A stretch of DNA of 39,981 nucleotides from a virus. The first letter of the stretch is position 1, and the number at the start of each line of letters is the position of its first letter. The notes beneath the pieces were generated by a model. The model ran no database searches. It was given only the letters and a program-made list of their open reading frames with translations, and was not told where the DNA came from. The DNA lies in the IMG/VR virus record IMGVR_UViG_3300045391_002432; one strand, written 5' to 3'. A program made the position numbers and the translations under genes. Positions 24,287 to 32,351 of the stretch are shown here, in pieces.

Positions 24287-24657
24287 GCCGTCACCTCCTG
24301 CGGCAAGCTCGCCAGCCGCTCGCGCCCCGCCTGGACGACCGCCGGGTCAAACGCCTTGGCCTTGAGACCTCGCCGGATCGCGGCCCGGTCGCCGAGGCCA
24401 AGGACCCAGCGCCGGCAATCGAACGCCCGGCAGACCGCCGGGGCATGATCGTGGATCGTGCAGCCGCCCTCGCCGAGGTAGACGCACTCGTTTCGGTCGG
24501 CCTTTTTCGCAATCGCGAGCCCCGGCTGGCCGGTGATCGGGTTGACGACGATCTGGGTCCAATAGCGGCTCTGGTCGTCGCCCGGCATCAGCAGGATCAT
24601 CTCGCCCCGGCAGCAGGCGGTGCAGCCGTTACAGGGCACATGCTCGGTCGGGATCAT
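24283..24657 (-). CDS. Second YkgJ/UPF0153-type CxxCxxCC cysteine-cluster protein (124 aa)
   Basis: CNGCTACC near the N-terminus, then ...GGCTIHDHAPAVCRAFDC. ATGA overlaps at both ends. Confidence 0.65.
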   Translation of the reverse strand: MIPTEHVPCNGCTACCRGEMILLMPGDDQSRYWTQIVVNPITGQPGLAIAKKADRNECVYLGEGGCTIHDHAPAVCRAFDCRRWVLGLGDRAAIRRGLKAKAFDPAVVQAGRERLASLPQEVTA

Positions 24658-24794
24658 GCCGCCCCCTTCCTGTCGCGCGGGCGGCCGATCCGCTGGATGC
24701 CGGCGGCGCAGTCGGCCTCGTATTGCTCGGTCGTCCTGACCGGCGGGCTGGGGGTCGCCTTGTCATCCATCGACGGGGTCACAGGCTCGCTCAT
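24654..24794 (-). CDS. Hypothetical protein (46 aa), absent from the ORF track
   Basis: My own translation gives MSEPVTPSMDDKATPSPPVRTTEQYEADCAAGIQRIGRPRDRKGAA. It exactly bridges two ATGA junctions. Confidence 0.4.
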   Translation of the reverse strand: MSEPVTPSMDDKATPSPPVRTTEQYEADCAAGIQRIGRPRDRKGAA

Positions 24795-24958
24795 CGATCC
24801 GACCTCCGCACCACTTCGATCAGCGTCTCGATTAGCCGCTCACGCTTGGCCTCGGGCATGGCCTGAATGTCACCGCGCCAGAGCCGGCCCAGCAGCATCA
24901 GGTAATCCTCGCCGGCCGCCAGCAACTCGGTCAGGGCCTTCTTGTCGTCGGGGTTCAT
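24791..24958 (-). CDS. Hypothetical protein (55 aa)
   Basis: MNPDDKKALTELLAAGEDYLMLL... ATGA overlaps at both ends. Confidence 0.45.
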   Translation of the reverse strand: MNPDDKKALTELLAAGEDYLMLLGRLWRGDIQAMPEAKRERLIETLIEVVRRSDR

Positions 24959-25230
24959 TGCCGGTTCCTCACGCTGAAGCCCTTGCCTTCGAAGCGCACG
25001 ATCAACTCCTTCATGAGCTTGACCATGTCCTCCCGGCTGGCACCGTTGGAAATGTAGTTGGTGCGCCCGCCCTCGACCTCGCCGAACGGGAAGACCATCA
25101 GCACGAAGCCGGTCTTGCGCGGGGCCTTTTCCTCGCGCCCGTCGTTGAGAAAACCGTCCAGGGTCTTGGCAATCGCCAGCATCTGGTCGCGGTAGCGTTC
25201 CTCGATGGGGCCTTCGTCGCGGGCGCTCAC
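24955..25230 (-). CDS. Hypothetical protein (91 aa; GTG start)
   Basis: GTGA overlap with the upstream stop at 25227..25230. The core is GFVLMVFPFGEVEGGRTNYISNGASREDMVKLMKELI. Confidence 0.6.
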   Translation of the reverse strand: MSARDEGPIEERYRDQMLAIAKTLDGFLNDGREEKAPRKTGFVLMVFPFGEVEGGRTNYISNGASREDMVKLMKELIVRFEGKGFSVRNRQ

Positions 25231-25637
25231 CGCAGCCTCTCCCGCAGCTGGGCGATCTGCTGACCAAGGTCGGCCTGCGCCGTCTCGATTTCCGTGGCGA
25301 GGAAGGCAATCGCCGGCAGCAATCCGGTCGGCAGCTTGGCGGCGCTCCGGGTCCTTGGCGCATGGCCCTCGCCGACAATCGCTTCCGTAAGGCCTCTTAT
25401 TTGCTCTTGCAGTGCATGGGCGCTGTCAGCGGCATGGGCCAAGAGGGCGAGCGGTGAAATCGTCTGGGGGGTGTCTGCGTGCGGGGTGGAGGGGCCCCAC
25501 ATCGTAGCCGGGGCGGGGGCCTGCCGAAACGCCGGGGGGTGGCTCGGCTTGGCCAGGGTCGCGTCGACGGCGCGGCCGAGGTCGCGCTGCAACTCAGCGA
25601 AGGGATCGCTCTGGGGCTTGGTCTGGGGAATGGTCAT
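25227..25637 (-). CDS. Hypothetical protein (136 aa)
   Basis: SD AGGAAGAG lies upstream of ATG 25637. Confidence 0.55.
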   Translation of the reverse strand: MTIPQTKPQSDPFAELQRDLGRAVDATLAKPSHPPAFRQAPAPATMWGPSTPHADTPQTISPLALLAHAADSAHALQEQIRGLTEAIVGEGHAPRTRSAAKLPTGLLPAIAFLATEIETAQADLGQQIAQLRERLR

Positions 25638-25840
25638 AGGTCTCTTCCTTTCTTCAACGATTTCAATGCCTTACGCAGCACCCTATTGGACACCGTGGCC
25701 GAAGGGGGTGATCGACTGTCAACGCCACGAGGACGATGCGGCGCGATTGTTCGCTGCGGTTGGACGGGCCCCGCCCTCGCGGGATCGCGCGCAGCGGACG
25801 CGGTCTCGTCTCCCCACCATCGATCACGTAGGAATGGCAT
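25634..25840 (-). CDS. Doubtful small basic protein (68 aa)
   Basis: It fills the gap exactly: ATG 25840 is 1 nt after the upstream stop, and the ORF ends in an ATGA overlap with the next gene. My count of third-position GC is only 40 of 68 codons, with rare codons (CTA, CGA, AGA, GGA). Confidence 0.3.
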   Translation of the reverse strand: MPFLRDRWWGDETASAARDPARAGPVQPQRTIAPHRPRGVDSRSPPSATVSNRVLRKALKSLKKGRDL

Positions 25841-25841
25841 C

Positions 25842-26027
25842 CTATTCGACCCTTTCGAGCAGCTTGGCCTTCAGCGCCTCAAGGGCGCGATCTGCGCGCT
25901 TTCTCGCCTCGGGATTGATCGCAGGGCCTGTCGGCCTTGGACGCGGTTTCTTGGGCTTGCGTGGCCCGTTGTCGTCGCGAGGATCGCGTGGTGGCAAAGG
26001 GCCGGGAAGGCCGGGAGAGGTGCCCAT
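25842..26027 (-). CDS. Hypothetical Pro/Lys-rich protein (61 aa)
   Basis: A one-nt TGATG junction at 26027. Confidence 0.4.
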   Translation of the reverse strand: MGTSPGLPGPLPPRDPRDDNGPRKPKKPRPRPTGPAINPEARKRADRALEALKAKLLERVE

Positions 26028-26308
26028 CAGTCCTTCACCCTTCGATCAGCTGCGACCTCTGGCAGTTCGAAGTCGTGCGGGTTGAGGCAGGGCACGGTGA
26101 TTTCGCTCCTGCCGTCGTGCATCAGGTCGACCGAAGCCATGAGGCCCTTGGCGCGATAGTACGTTTCCCACGCTCGCCATTGCTCTGGGTGGTGGCTGCG
26201 GCTGATCACCAGAGGCTTCTGGCCCTGATCGCGCAGCTGCTGGAACCGCTCGCGAAAGGCCTGAGCCGCTTGGCGCTGTCGGGAAAAATCGAACGTCGTC
26301 GTCACCAC
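26027..26308 (-). CDS. Hypothetical protein (93 aa; GTG start)
   Basis: AGGAGGA lies 6 nt upstream of GTG 26308. The longer track ORF would overlap the DUF1376 gene. Confidence 0.5.
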   Translation of the reverse strand: MVTTTFDFSRQRQAAQAFRERFQQLRDQGQKPLVISRSHHPEQWRAWETYYRAKGLMASVDLMHDGRSEITVPCLNPHDFELPEVAADRRVKD

Positions 26309-26309
26309 C

Positions 26310-27080
26310 TCAGTCCTCCTCTGGCTTGCCTTGCCTAATCGCTGCCTCAAGCGCGCCGAACAGGCCGACAGCGCTTGGTCGCTTCGGTTCGTCCTCGTCG
26401 TCGTCAAGCGGTGCCTGGACGAGCCGCGACTTGAGCAGCGCCTCCGATGGCGCGGTCGGCGAGCCGCCCTTCAGGCTGGGCGAGCCGGTCCGTGCCGAGC
26501 GCTCGACGTGGCCGTTTACGCGCGGAGGAAGCGCACCCAAGTCTGGCGAGCTTGGCGCTACAGAAAAGGGCTCTCTGCCTGTTAAGGGCAGAGCCCTTTT
26601 CTGTTGTGGTTGTGGTTTGACCCCTGAAGTTGAGCCTGAGACAGGCGCTGCGGCAGGCTCTGATACAGGCTCTGTTGCAGGCGCTTTTTTCGGCTCTGGC
26701 TCAGAGGGTGTTTTCCCATGTTTTGCGGCCTTTGCGGCTCTGGCTCTCGCCGTACTGGCTTGCGTTTTTTCGACAGATGCCAGCGCTGCGGCGCGCACTT
26801 CTTGCAGGTGCTTCTGGACATAGATGTCGCCGACATGTGGGTCGATCTGTCGCCGAAGTAGGGGAACGATGTGCGGCTTGAAACGCGACCGCCACGCCCT
26901 GACATCGAGGCCGATCATGCGGGCGATTACCTTGTCGTCAGCCTTGAGCCAGCCCTGATTGAGCCACATGCGGCCAAGCACCAGCGCATAGATGCCCTGC
27001 GCCTCGGTCGGCATCACCGCGACCTTGGCGTCCGAGAAGAACCGGCTCCAGTTCATCATCATGAAGGGCAGGTCAACCAT
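26310..27080 (-). CDS. DUF1376 (YdaU-like) protein, putative replication-associated
   Basis: The N-terminus (MMMNWSRFFSDAKVAVMPTEAQGIYALVLGRMW) fits the DUF1376 opening pattern. The C-terminal half is low-complexity. Confidence 0.6.
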   Translation of the reverse strand: MVDLPFMMMNWSRFFSDAKVAVMPTEAQGIYALVLGRMWLNQGWLKADDKVIARMIGLDVRAWRSRFKPHIVPLLRRQIDPHVGDIYVQKHLQEVRAAALASVEKTQASTARARAAKAAKHGKTPSEPEPKKAPATEPVSEPAAAPVSGSTSGVKPQPQQKRALPLTGREPFSVAPSSPDLGALPPRVNGHVERSARTGSPSLKGGSPTAPSEALLKSRLVQAPLDDDEDEPKRPSAVGLFGALEAAIRQGKPEED

Positions 27081-27081
27081 G

Positions 27082-27573
27082 CTATGCCGCCACCTTGGTC
27101 GCGAGGAAGGTGGGAAGCTCTGCCATCGGCTTGAGGTCGACGGCGTGGACGAAATAGGCCCAGCGCTCGCGGCCGGTCGGGTCGGACCAGTATTTGTCCT
27201 GCTTGCCAGCGCCGCCCATGATCCAGCCGCGCAGCGTGACCAGCGGCGGCTTGGTGACGATAGCCAGGACCCACGGAACGCCGGCCGCGTCGTCGGGGTG
27301 CAGGATCAGCCGCTTATCGAAATGGTCGACCGCGCGGACCTCGCAGACCCCGCAATCGACCAGACCCGGCGTCAGGCCGAAGTCGGGCCAATAGACGCCG
27401 AGGAATTTGCAGGTGGCAATCTCGCCAAGCACGCCGTTCAATTCGTCATCGAGGCTGAGGTCGACCGCGCCGTGGCGATGGTTGCGCCCGTTCTTGAGCG
27501 CGCTGGCGCGCCTGACCGCCGCGACCTCTGCGCCGATCCTGACCTCGGGCCATGACAGCAGGACCTCGATCAT
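27082..27573 (-). CDS. Hypothetical protein (163 aa)
   Basis: ATG 27573 forms an ATGA overlap with the VRR-NUC stop. There is a weak nuclease-like D...E-x-R pattern (VDCGVCEVR). Confidence 0.55.
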   Translation of the reverse strand: MIEVLLSWPEVRIGAEVAAVRRASALKNGRNHRHGAVDLSLDDELNGVLGEIATCKFLGVYWPDFGLTPGLVDCGVCEVRAVDHFDKRLILHPDDAAGVPWVLAIVTKPPLVTLRGWIMGGAGKQDKYWSDPTGRERWAYFVHAVDLKPMAELPTFLATKVAA

Positions 27574-27980
27574 GCCGCCACACTGAGCCGGATGGCTCCC
27601 CACGTGGTCAGCTGCTGCATCGCCTCATCGAACGAGCGCACGACAGCCCACGGCACACCGCGCTCAAGGCAGGCGTCCCGAAACTCTTCCTGCTCGGTCG
27701 TGAGCGGCGAGGCACCGCGCTTCAATTCGAGCCAGTGGTGCTGGCCGGCCGGATCGATCAGCAGAAAGTCCGACCAGCCCCTCTTGAGGCCCATGCGCTT
27801 GAGCCGCGCTCCGGTCCTCGCGTCGCGGCGCTCGCCGGCCGGGAAGTGCGTCCATAGCCAGCCGGCCACAGCGCCGATCCTGAGCGCGTCGGCGACCGCC
27901 ACGTGCGTCTTGACCTCAAGCGGCAAGACAAGCGCCGTGCGGCGTTTCCTGACGCCTGGGCGGGCAGGCTGTCGGTTCAT
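27570..27980 (-). CDS. VRR-NUC domain nuclease (136 aa)
   Basis: GWSDFLLI...HWLELKRG...LTTEQEEF fits the VRR-NUC PD-(D/E)xK core. ATGA overlaps at both ends. Confidence 0.7.
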   Translation of the reverse strand: MNRQPARPGVRKRRTALVLPLEVKTHVAVADALRIGAVAGWLWTHFPAGERRDARTGARLKRMGLKRGWSDFLLIDPAGQHHWLELKRGASPLTTEQEEFRDACLERGVPWAVVRSFDEAMQQLTTWGAIRLSVAA

Positions 27981-28267
27981 TGCATCGGCCCCTCGGTCGG
28001 GATGGTCACGAAATCATCGTCGGGGCCGGCGGCGTTGAGCCGGTCGATGACGTAGCGCATGGCAGCAGTCGCGGCGCGGCTCAGGCCTTCGGCAAGCTCG
28101 GGGTTGCGCTCCCCGATGTCGTCCAGCGCTGCGTCGCGGCTGATATTCGGCTGGCGCTTGAGGCCCATCAGCGCCTCGAACAGGATCAGCTGGAGGTCTT
28201 TCTCATCGAAGGTGGCCACGACCACCTGATCCGTCGGGGGCTTTACCATGATGTCGTCCACGCGCAC
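27977..28267 (-). CDS. Hypothetical acidic protein (about 96 aa; start uncertain)
   Basis: AGGAGA lies 6 nt upstream of GTG 28267. Alternative starts are GTG 28285 and ATG 28249. Confidence 0.5.
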   Translation of the reverse strand: MRVDDIMVKPPTDQVVVATFDEKDLQLILFEALMGLKRQPNISRDAALDDIGERNPELAEGLSRAATAAMRYVIDRLNAAGPDDDFVTIPTEGPMQ

Positions 28268-28314
28268 TTGCCGTCTCCTCTCCACGCAACAAAGCCCCCC
28301 GGCCTTGAAAGGGA

Positions 28315-28605
28315 TCAGTCGTCTTCCGGCGGATAGCCGGCGAGGTCGTTAGGCGTGACCTCGCCCTCGGTCACGATGGCGATCCGGCGGGCAATGTCGC
28401 GGCCGGGCCACGGCGCATTGTCGGCAAGCAGCATCGAGACGTAGGCGGCGGTGCAGCCGATCAACTCGGCGAACCGCTGCTTGGTCATGGGGCGAGGCTT
28501 GCGCTGGAGCCATTCTCTCAGCCTGTTGGGCTCAGAGCGGGGGCGGGCTCGGCGCAGAGGAACAACGTTCGTCGGCTTGGCATCTGGGGTGAGCGTCTGG
28601 TCCAT
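28315..28605 (-). CDS. Cro-like HTH regulator (96 aa), first gene of the leftward early operon
   Basis: The HTH segment is MTKQRFAELIGCTAAYVSMLLADN. ATG 28605 has no SD but has a promoter-like element directly upstream. The track start 28641 is TTG. Confidence 0.6.
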   Translation of the reverse strand: MDQTLTPDAKPTNVVPLRRARPRSEPNRLREWLQRKPRPMTKQRFAELIGCTAAYVSMLLADNAPWPGRDIARRIAIVTEGEVTPNDLAGYPPEDD

Positions 28606-28611
28606 GAGCGA

Positions 28612-28641
28612 ATTAAAACGCCGCTTCAGAAGCCCGGTCAA
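28612..28641 (-). promoter_or_regulatory. Candidate promoter of the cro-like gene (would give a leaderless transcript)
   Basis: The minus strand reads TTGACC (28641..28636), 18 nt, TTTAAT (28617..28612), 6 nt, ATG (28605). Confidence 0.45.
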
Positions 28642-28767
28642 TGGGGAAAATCACTGGCATGTGAAACGGGGTTGTGGACCAACGCCTTAAACGGCGCTTG
28701 CCAAAGTATGTGGGCGTAAGGCAAAATAAGAGCGCGGCTGTTGAAAACGAAAGGAGAGAGAATTGCG

Positions 28768-29196
28768 ATGAAGGTCTCGATCAACAGGCCAACCCGTGTG
28801 CGCATCACCAGAGAGGTTGTGCACTACGTCAAGGAGTGGCGAAAGCACTTCGGCCTGAGTGTCGACAAACTGGGCGAAGTCGCTGGCATCAGCGGCTCGA
28901 TGATTTCTCAGCTGGAAAGGGGGAAGACCACCTACACCCAGAACACGTTGGAGGCGCTTGCAAAGGCAATGCACCTGCAACCGTGGCAGCTTCTGGCCTG
29001 CGGACCCGATGAAAATCAAGAGCTTTGGCGCACAGTCATGAACCGCTCGGATCGCCGAGCGCTGCTCGACGGGGTCGATGAAGCCGAACTGCCGGTGCTG
29101 GAGGAAATGCTCAACAATAACTGCGAGGCGGCCGTGAAATCATGGTCAGCGCTCTCGCAGAAAAAGACGCGCGAGGAGCCCACCAAGGCGCGCTGA
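28768..29196 (+). CDS. CI-like XRE-family repressor without a peptidase domain (142 aa)
   Basis: The HTH segment is GLSVDKLGEVAGISGSMISQLERGKTTYTQNTLEALAKAM. SD AAGGAGAG lies upstream of ATG 28768. The gene has its own terminator and is divergent from the cro-like gene. Confidence 0.7.
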   Translation: MKVSINRPTRVRITREVVHYVKEWRKHFGLSVDKLGEVAGISGSMISQLERGKTTYTQNTLEALAKAMHLQPWQLLACGPDENQELWRTVMNRSDRRALLDGVDEAELPVLEEMLNNNCEAAVKSWSALSQKKTREEPTKAR

Positions 29197-29230
29197 TTTA
29201 GAGGCTCAGTCCAAGAGCCCACGACCACTA

Positions 29231-29258
29231 AGCCGGCCCCTCCTCGGGCCGGCTTTTT
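29231..29258 (+). terminator. Intrinsic terminator after the CI-like gene
   Basis: agccggccc pairs with gggccggct (9 bp) around a 6-nt loop, followed by TTTTT. Confidence 0.75.
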
Positions 29259-29406
29259 GCTGCCCGGCGCGACCCGTGCGCCGATTGGGCCAACGTAGGT
29301 GCGGATTGCCCTCGTTAAGCCACTATCCACAACCCGACTTTATTTTTTTCGCTTCCGAGCCGTTTTCCCATTGTGCTGAGATTTGAAGCGTGGTTGCATA
29401 AATGAC

Positions 29407-29589
29407 ATGCCACCCGTCCATATCTGCAAGCGTGCTTTCTATCACGAAGCCGGGCACCCGGAGGTCTCCTACGAGGTGCTGGTCGATGGCGAAAAGTACG
29501 TCTGCGACGAGGTGCAATTGGAACTGCTCTACGACGGCGTTGCCCCGGTCGACCTCGATCTGGTGCGCCTGCCCGAGGAGGACGAATGA
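29407..29589 (+). CDS. Hypothetical small protein (60 aa)
   Basis: ATG 29407. An ATGA overlap links it to the exonuclease gene at 29586. Confidence 0.45.
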   Translation: MPPVHICKRAFYHEAGHPEVSYEVLVDGEKYVCDEVQLELLYDGVAPVDLDLVRLPEEDE

Positions 29590-30512
29590 AGGTCGCTCGC
29601 TTCCCCATTACCGACCGCTCGACGTGGCTGGCTTGGCGCACGGCAGACCTCACCGCGTCCGATATCGGCGCTGCGGTCGGCCTGGACCCCTACAAGAGCC
29701 CGTTGAAGCTCTACGCCGAGAAGACGGGGCTCCTGATGCCCGATGGCGACAACCCGTCGATGCGGCGCGGTCGCTGGCTTGAGGCCGCCGTGCTTGAGGC
29801 GATCCGCGACCAGCACCCTGACTGGGAAGTGCGCCCGGCCAAGGTTTACCTGCGCGACGAGGAACTGCGGCTGGGCGCGACGCCCGACGCCATCGCCGCG
29901 ACCGACGAGCCGGGGCTCACCAACATCCAGTGCAAGGTGGTCGCCCGCCCGGCCTATGAGCGCGACTGGGGCGAAGGCCCGCCGATGAACTATCAGCTGC
30001 AAACCCTGACCGAGGGCATGATGCTGGACGCGGCGCGCAGCTTCGTCGCGGCGCTGGTGATCGACACCTACACCGCCGAGCTTTACCTGCACCGGGTGCC
30101 GCGCCACGAGGGCGCTGAGGCCAAGGTGCGCGGGATCGCCGCCGAGTTCTGGGCCAACGTCGCCGCCGGCAAGCGGCCGGCCGCCGATTATAAGCAGGAC
30201 GCCGAGACCGTGGCCGCGATGTTCCCGCAGTCGGTGGCCGAGCCCGTGCTTGACCTCGCCGGCGACAATGCGCTGGCCGTGCTGCTGCCGCACCGCGAGG
30301 TGCTGAAAGAGATGATCGCCGAGGACATGAAGCGCCTCGAAGCGATGAACACGGAAATCAAGGACAAGCTCGGCAAGGCCGAGCGAGCCACGCTGCCCGG
30401 CTGGCAGATCAGCTGGAAGACCGAGAAGCGTGACGGCTACACCGTGGCCCCGTCGACCCGGCGGGTGCTGCGCGTGACCGAGAAGCCCATCGATGAGGAG
30501 AAAGCCGCATGA
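29586..30512 (+). CDS. YqaJ-like (lambda Exo-type) recombination exonuclease
   Basis: The N-terminal LTASDIGAAVGLDPYKSPLKLYAEKTG is the typical YqaJ opening. ATGA overlaps at both ends. Confidence 0.75.
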   Translation: MKVARFPITDRSTWLAWRTADLTASDIGAAVGLDPYKSPLKLYAEKTGLLMPDGDNPSMRRGRWLEAAVLEAIRDQHPDWEVRPAKVYLRDEELRLGATPDAIAATDEPGLTNIQCKVVARPAYERDWGEGPPMNYQLQTLTEGMMLDAARSFVAALVIDTYTAELYLHRVPRHEGAEAKVRGIAAEFWANVAAGKRPAADYKQDAETVAAMFPQSVAEPVLDLAGDNALAVLLPHREVLKEMIAEDMKRLEAMNTEIKDKLGKAERATLPGWQISWKTEKRDGYTVAPSTRRVLRVTEKPIDEEKAA

Positions 30513-31702
30513 GCCAGACCGCAACCCGCGAGGACCGCCGGTCCCGCTTGGACGAGTTCGCTAACAGTTCGTCTACAGGCAATTCACAGGGCGGCGCGAT
30601 GGTGCCGGCGATGGCCGGCGCGCAGCAGAGCAATCTGGTGTTCGGCGCTCAAGCCGTGGCCGTGCATCGCGACGAGGCGCGCATCCTGCAAAAGATCAAG
30701 GTGCTGGCCGCCGCCGCCGGGGACGACTGGTATTACCGCTTCCCGGTCAAGGACAACAAAACCGGCAGGACCAGCTATATCGAGGGCCCCTCGATCAAAC
30801 TGGCAAACGACATCGCTCGGCTCTACGGCAACTGCGAGGTCGACTGCCGGGCGCAGGACTTCGGCAACGTCGTGATGTTCCATGCGCGGTTTGTCGACCT
30901 TGAGACCGGCTACGCGCTCACCCGGCCGTTCCAGCAGCGCAAGGGCGCATCGAAGCTGGGCGGCTCCGACGACGCCCGCCGCGAGGACATCACCTTCCAG
31001 ATCGGCGCGTCGAAATCGATCCGCAACGTGGTGGTGAACGCCTTGCAGACCTTCGCCGATTTCGCCTTTGAGGAGGCCAAGGAGGCGCTGGTCGACAAGA
31101 TCGGCAAGGACATTGAGAAATGGCGCGCCCGCACCGTGGAGCGCATCGGCGCTCGCGTCGACATCAAGCGCGTCGAGGCGGTGATCGGCCGGCAGGCGAA
31201 GGACTGGCTTGCGCCCGACATCTCGAGAGTGATTGCCATGGGCAAGGCGGCCGACGACGGCATGGCGACGTGGGACGAGACGTTCCCGCCGCTCGGTCAG
31301 GTCGAGGATGCCGCTGCCGATCAGGCCAAGCAGGCCGAGGAGCAGCGCAAGGCCCTGGACGATTTCGCCGACGAAAAGGCGATGGTAAATGGAGAGACTG
31401 CCGGTGGGTCCGTCGCACGAGACACCGGAAGTGAGGCCGCCGACGCTGCCGCAAGCCCCCCGCACCCAGCGTCGGCGGCCGATGAACGCACCCAGATCAT
31501 CGACCGCATGCTCAAGCTCGCCGAGGAAGACCGGCCGGCCGAGGAGCGGCTTGAGCGGCTGGATTTCGGCATCAACGACCTGATCGATGAACACCCGAAG
31601 CTGAACGCCTTCGTCAAGGAGGCCGGCAAGACCGCCGCCAAGGTGGTGAAGGGCGATCTGCCGGTCGAGGCGGCGCGCAAATACCTTGAGGGCGTGAAAT
31701 GA
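30509..31702 (+). CDS. Putative single-strand annealing protein (recombinase partner of the exonuclease)
   Basis: It is translationally coupled directly downstream of the YqaJ-like gene. I could not assign a family (RecT, Erf or Rad52-like) by eye. Confidence 0.45.
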   Translation: MSQTATREDRRSRLDEFANSSSTGNSQGGAMVPAMAGAQQSNLVFGAQAVAVHRDEARILQKIKVLAAAAGDDWYYRFPVKDNKTGRTSYIEGPSIKLANDIARLYGNCEVDCRAQDFGNVVMFHARFVDLETGYALTRPFQQRKGASKLGGSDDARREDITFQIGASKSIRNVVVNALQTFADFAFEEAKEALVDKIGKDIEKWRARTVERIGARVDIKRVEAVIGRQAKDWLAPDISRVIAMGKAADDGMATWDETFPPLGQVEDAAADQAKQAEEQRKALDDFADEKAMVNGETAGGSVARDTGSEAADAAASPPHPASAADERTQIIDRMLKLAEEDRPAEERLERLDFGINDLIDEHPKLNAFVKEAGKTAAKVVKGDLPVEAARKYLEGVK

Positions 31703-31953
31703 GCGACGAGAGCGACAAGGCCCGCGAGGCCGGCAAGCGCGCGAAGTTCGAGCGGCTGGCCACGGCGCGGACGAAGAAGGCGATCAAGGCAATCCGGGTG
31801 CTGGCCAATATGGGCGGCCAAGGGCGCTACAATTACGAGTTCGCCGACGCCGACGTCGACAAGATCGCCGGCACCCTGGCCGATGAGGTCGCCAAGCTTC
31901 GCACGACGATGATTGCGCCCGGCCGCCAGCTGGACATCGAGTTCGACCTTTGA
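31699..31953 (+). CDS. Hypothetical protein (84 aa)
   Basis: ATGA overlap at 31699. Third-position GC is high. Confidence 0.55.
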   Translation: MSDESDKAREAGKRAKFERLATARTKKAIKAIRVLANMGGQGRYNYEFADADVDKIAGTLADEVAKLRTTMIAPGRQLDIEFDL

Positions 31954-32069
31954 GGCACACGCGGCCACAGAGAGGCGACAGCCGCCGGCCGCACTCACCC
32001 ACCAGCCAACCGGCCCGCGCGCGTTGGCGGGCCTGTGTGGCGGCACAGAATTGAAATTAGGAGGCCAAC

Positions 32070-32348
32070 GTGGATCAGCCGCAGGAACACCCGCGCTTCG
32101 TGACCATCGACTTCTTCGTGAAGGACATGCTCGGCTACAAACACCGGGTCTCCTATTACGACCACATCAATGATCGCGGCTGGCCGCAGCGCGTCTATCC
32201 GGGCGGCACCAAGCCGATGCTGGTCTACGACGAGTGCGTCGCCTACCAGCGCATGAAGATGGCCGAGCGCGACCCGACCCCGAAGCCCGCGCCTACGGTC
32301 AAGCGCCGCGTCGGCCGACCCGTCAAGCAACCCGAAGCGAGGGGGTGA
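32070..32348 (+). CDS. Excisionase/AlpA-like small DNA-binding protein candidate (92 aa; GTG start)
   Basis: AGGAGG lies 5 nt upstream of GTG 32070. The core (FVTIDFFVKDMLGYKHRVSYYDHINDRGWPQRVYPGG) is followed by a basic tail (KRRVGRPVK). The gene lies close to int. Confidence 0.45.
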   Translation: MDQPQEHPRFVTIDFFVKDMLGYKHRVSYYDHINDRGWPQRVYPGGTKPMLVYDECVAYQRMKMAERDPTPKPAPTVKRRVGRPVKQPEARG

Positions 32349-32351
32349 GCT

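Noticed and set aside
29529-31594. Minus-strand ORFs of 331 aa (29529..30524) and 336 aa (30584..31594)
   Set aside because: They are antisense to the YqaJ-like exonuclease and its coupled partner, and they have shadow composition.
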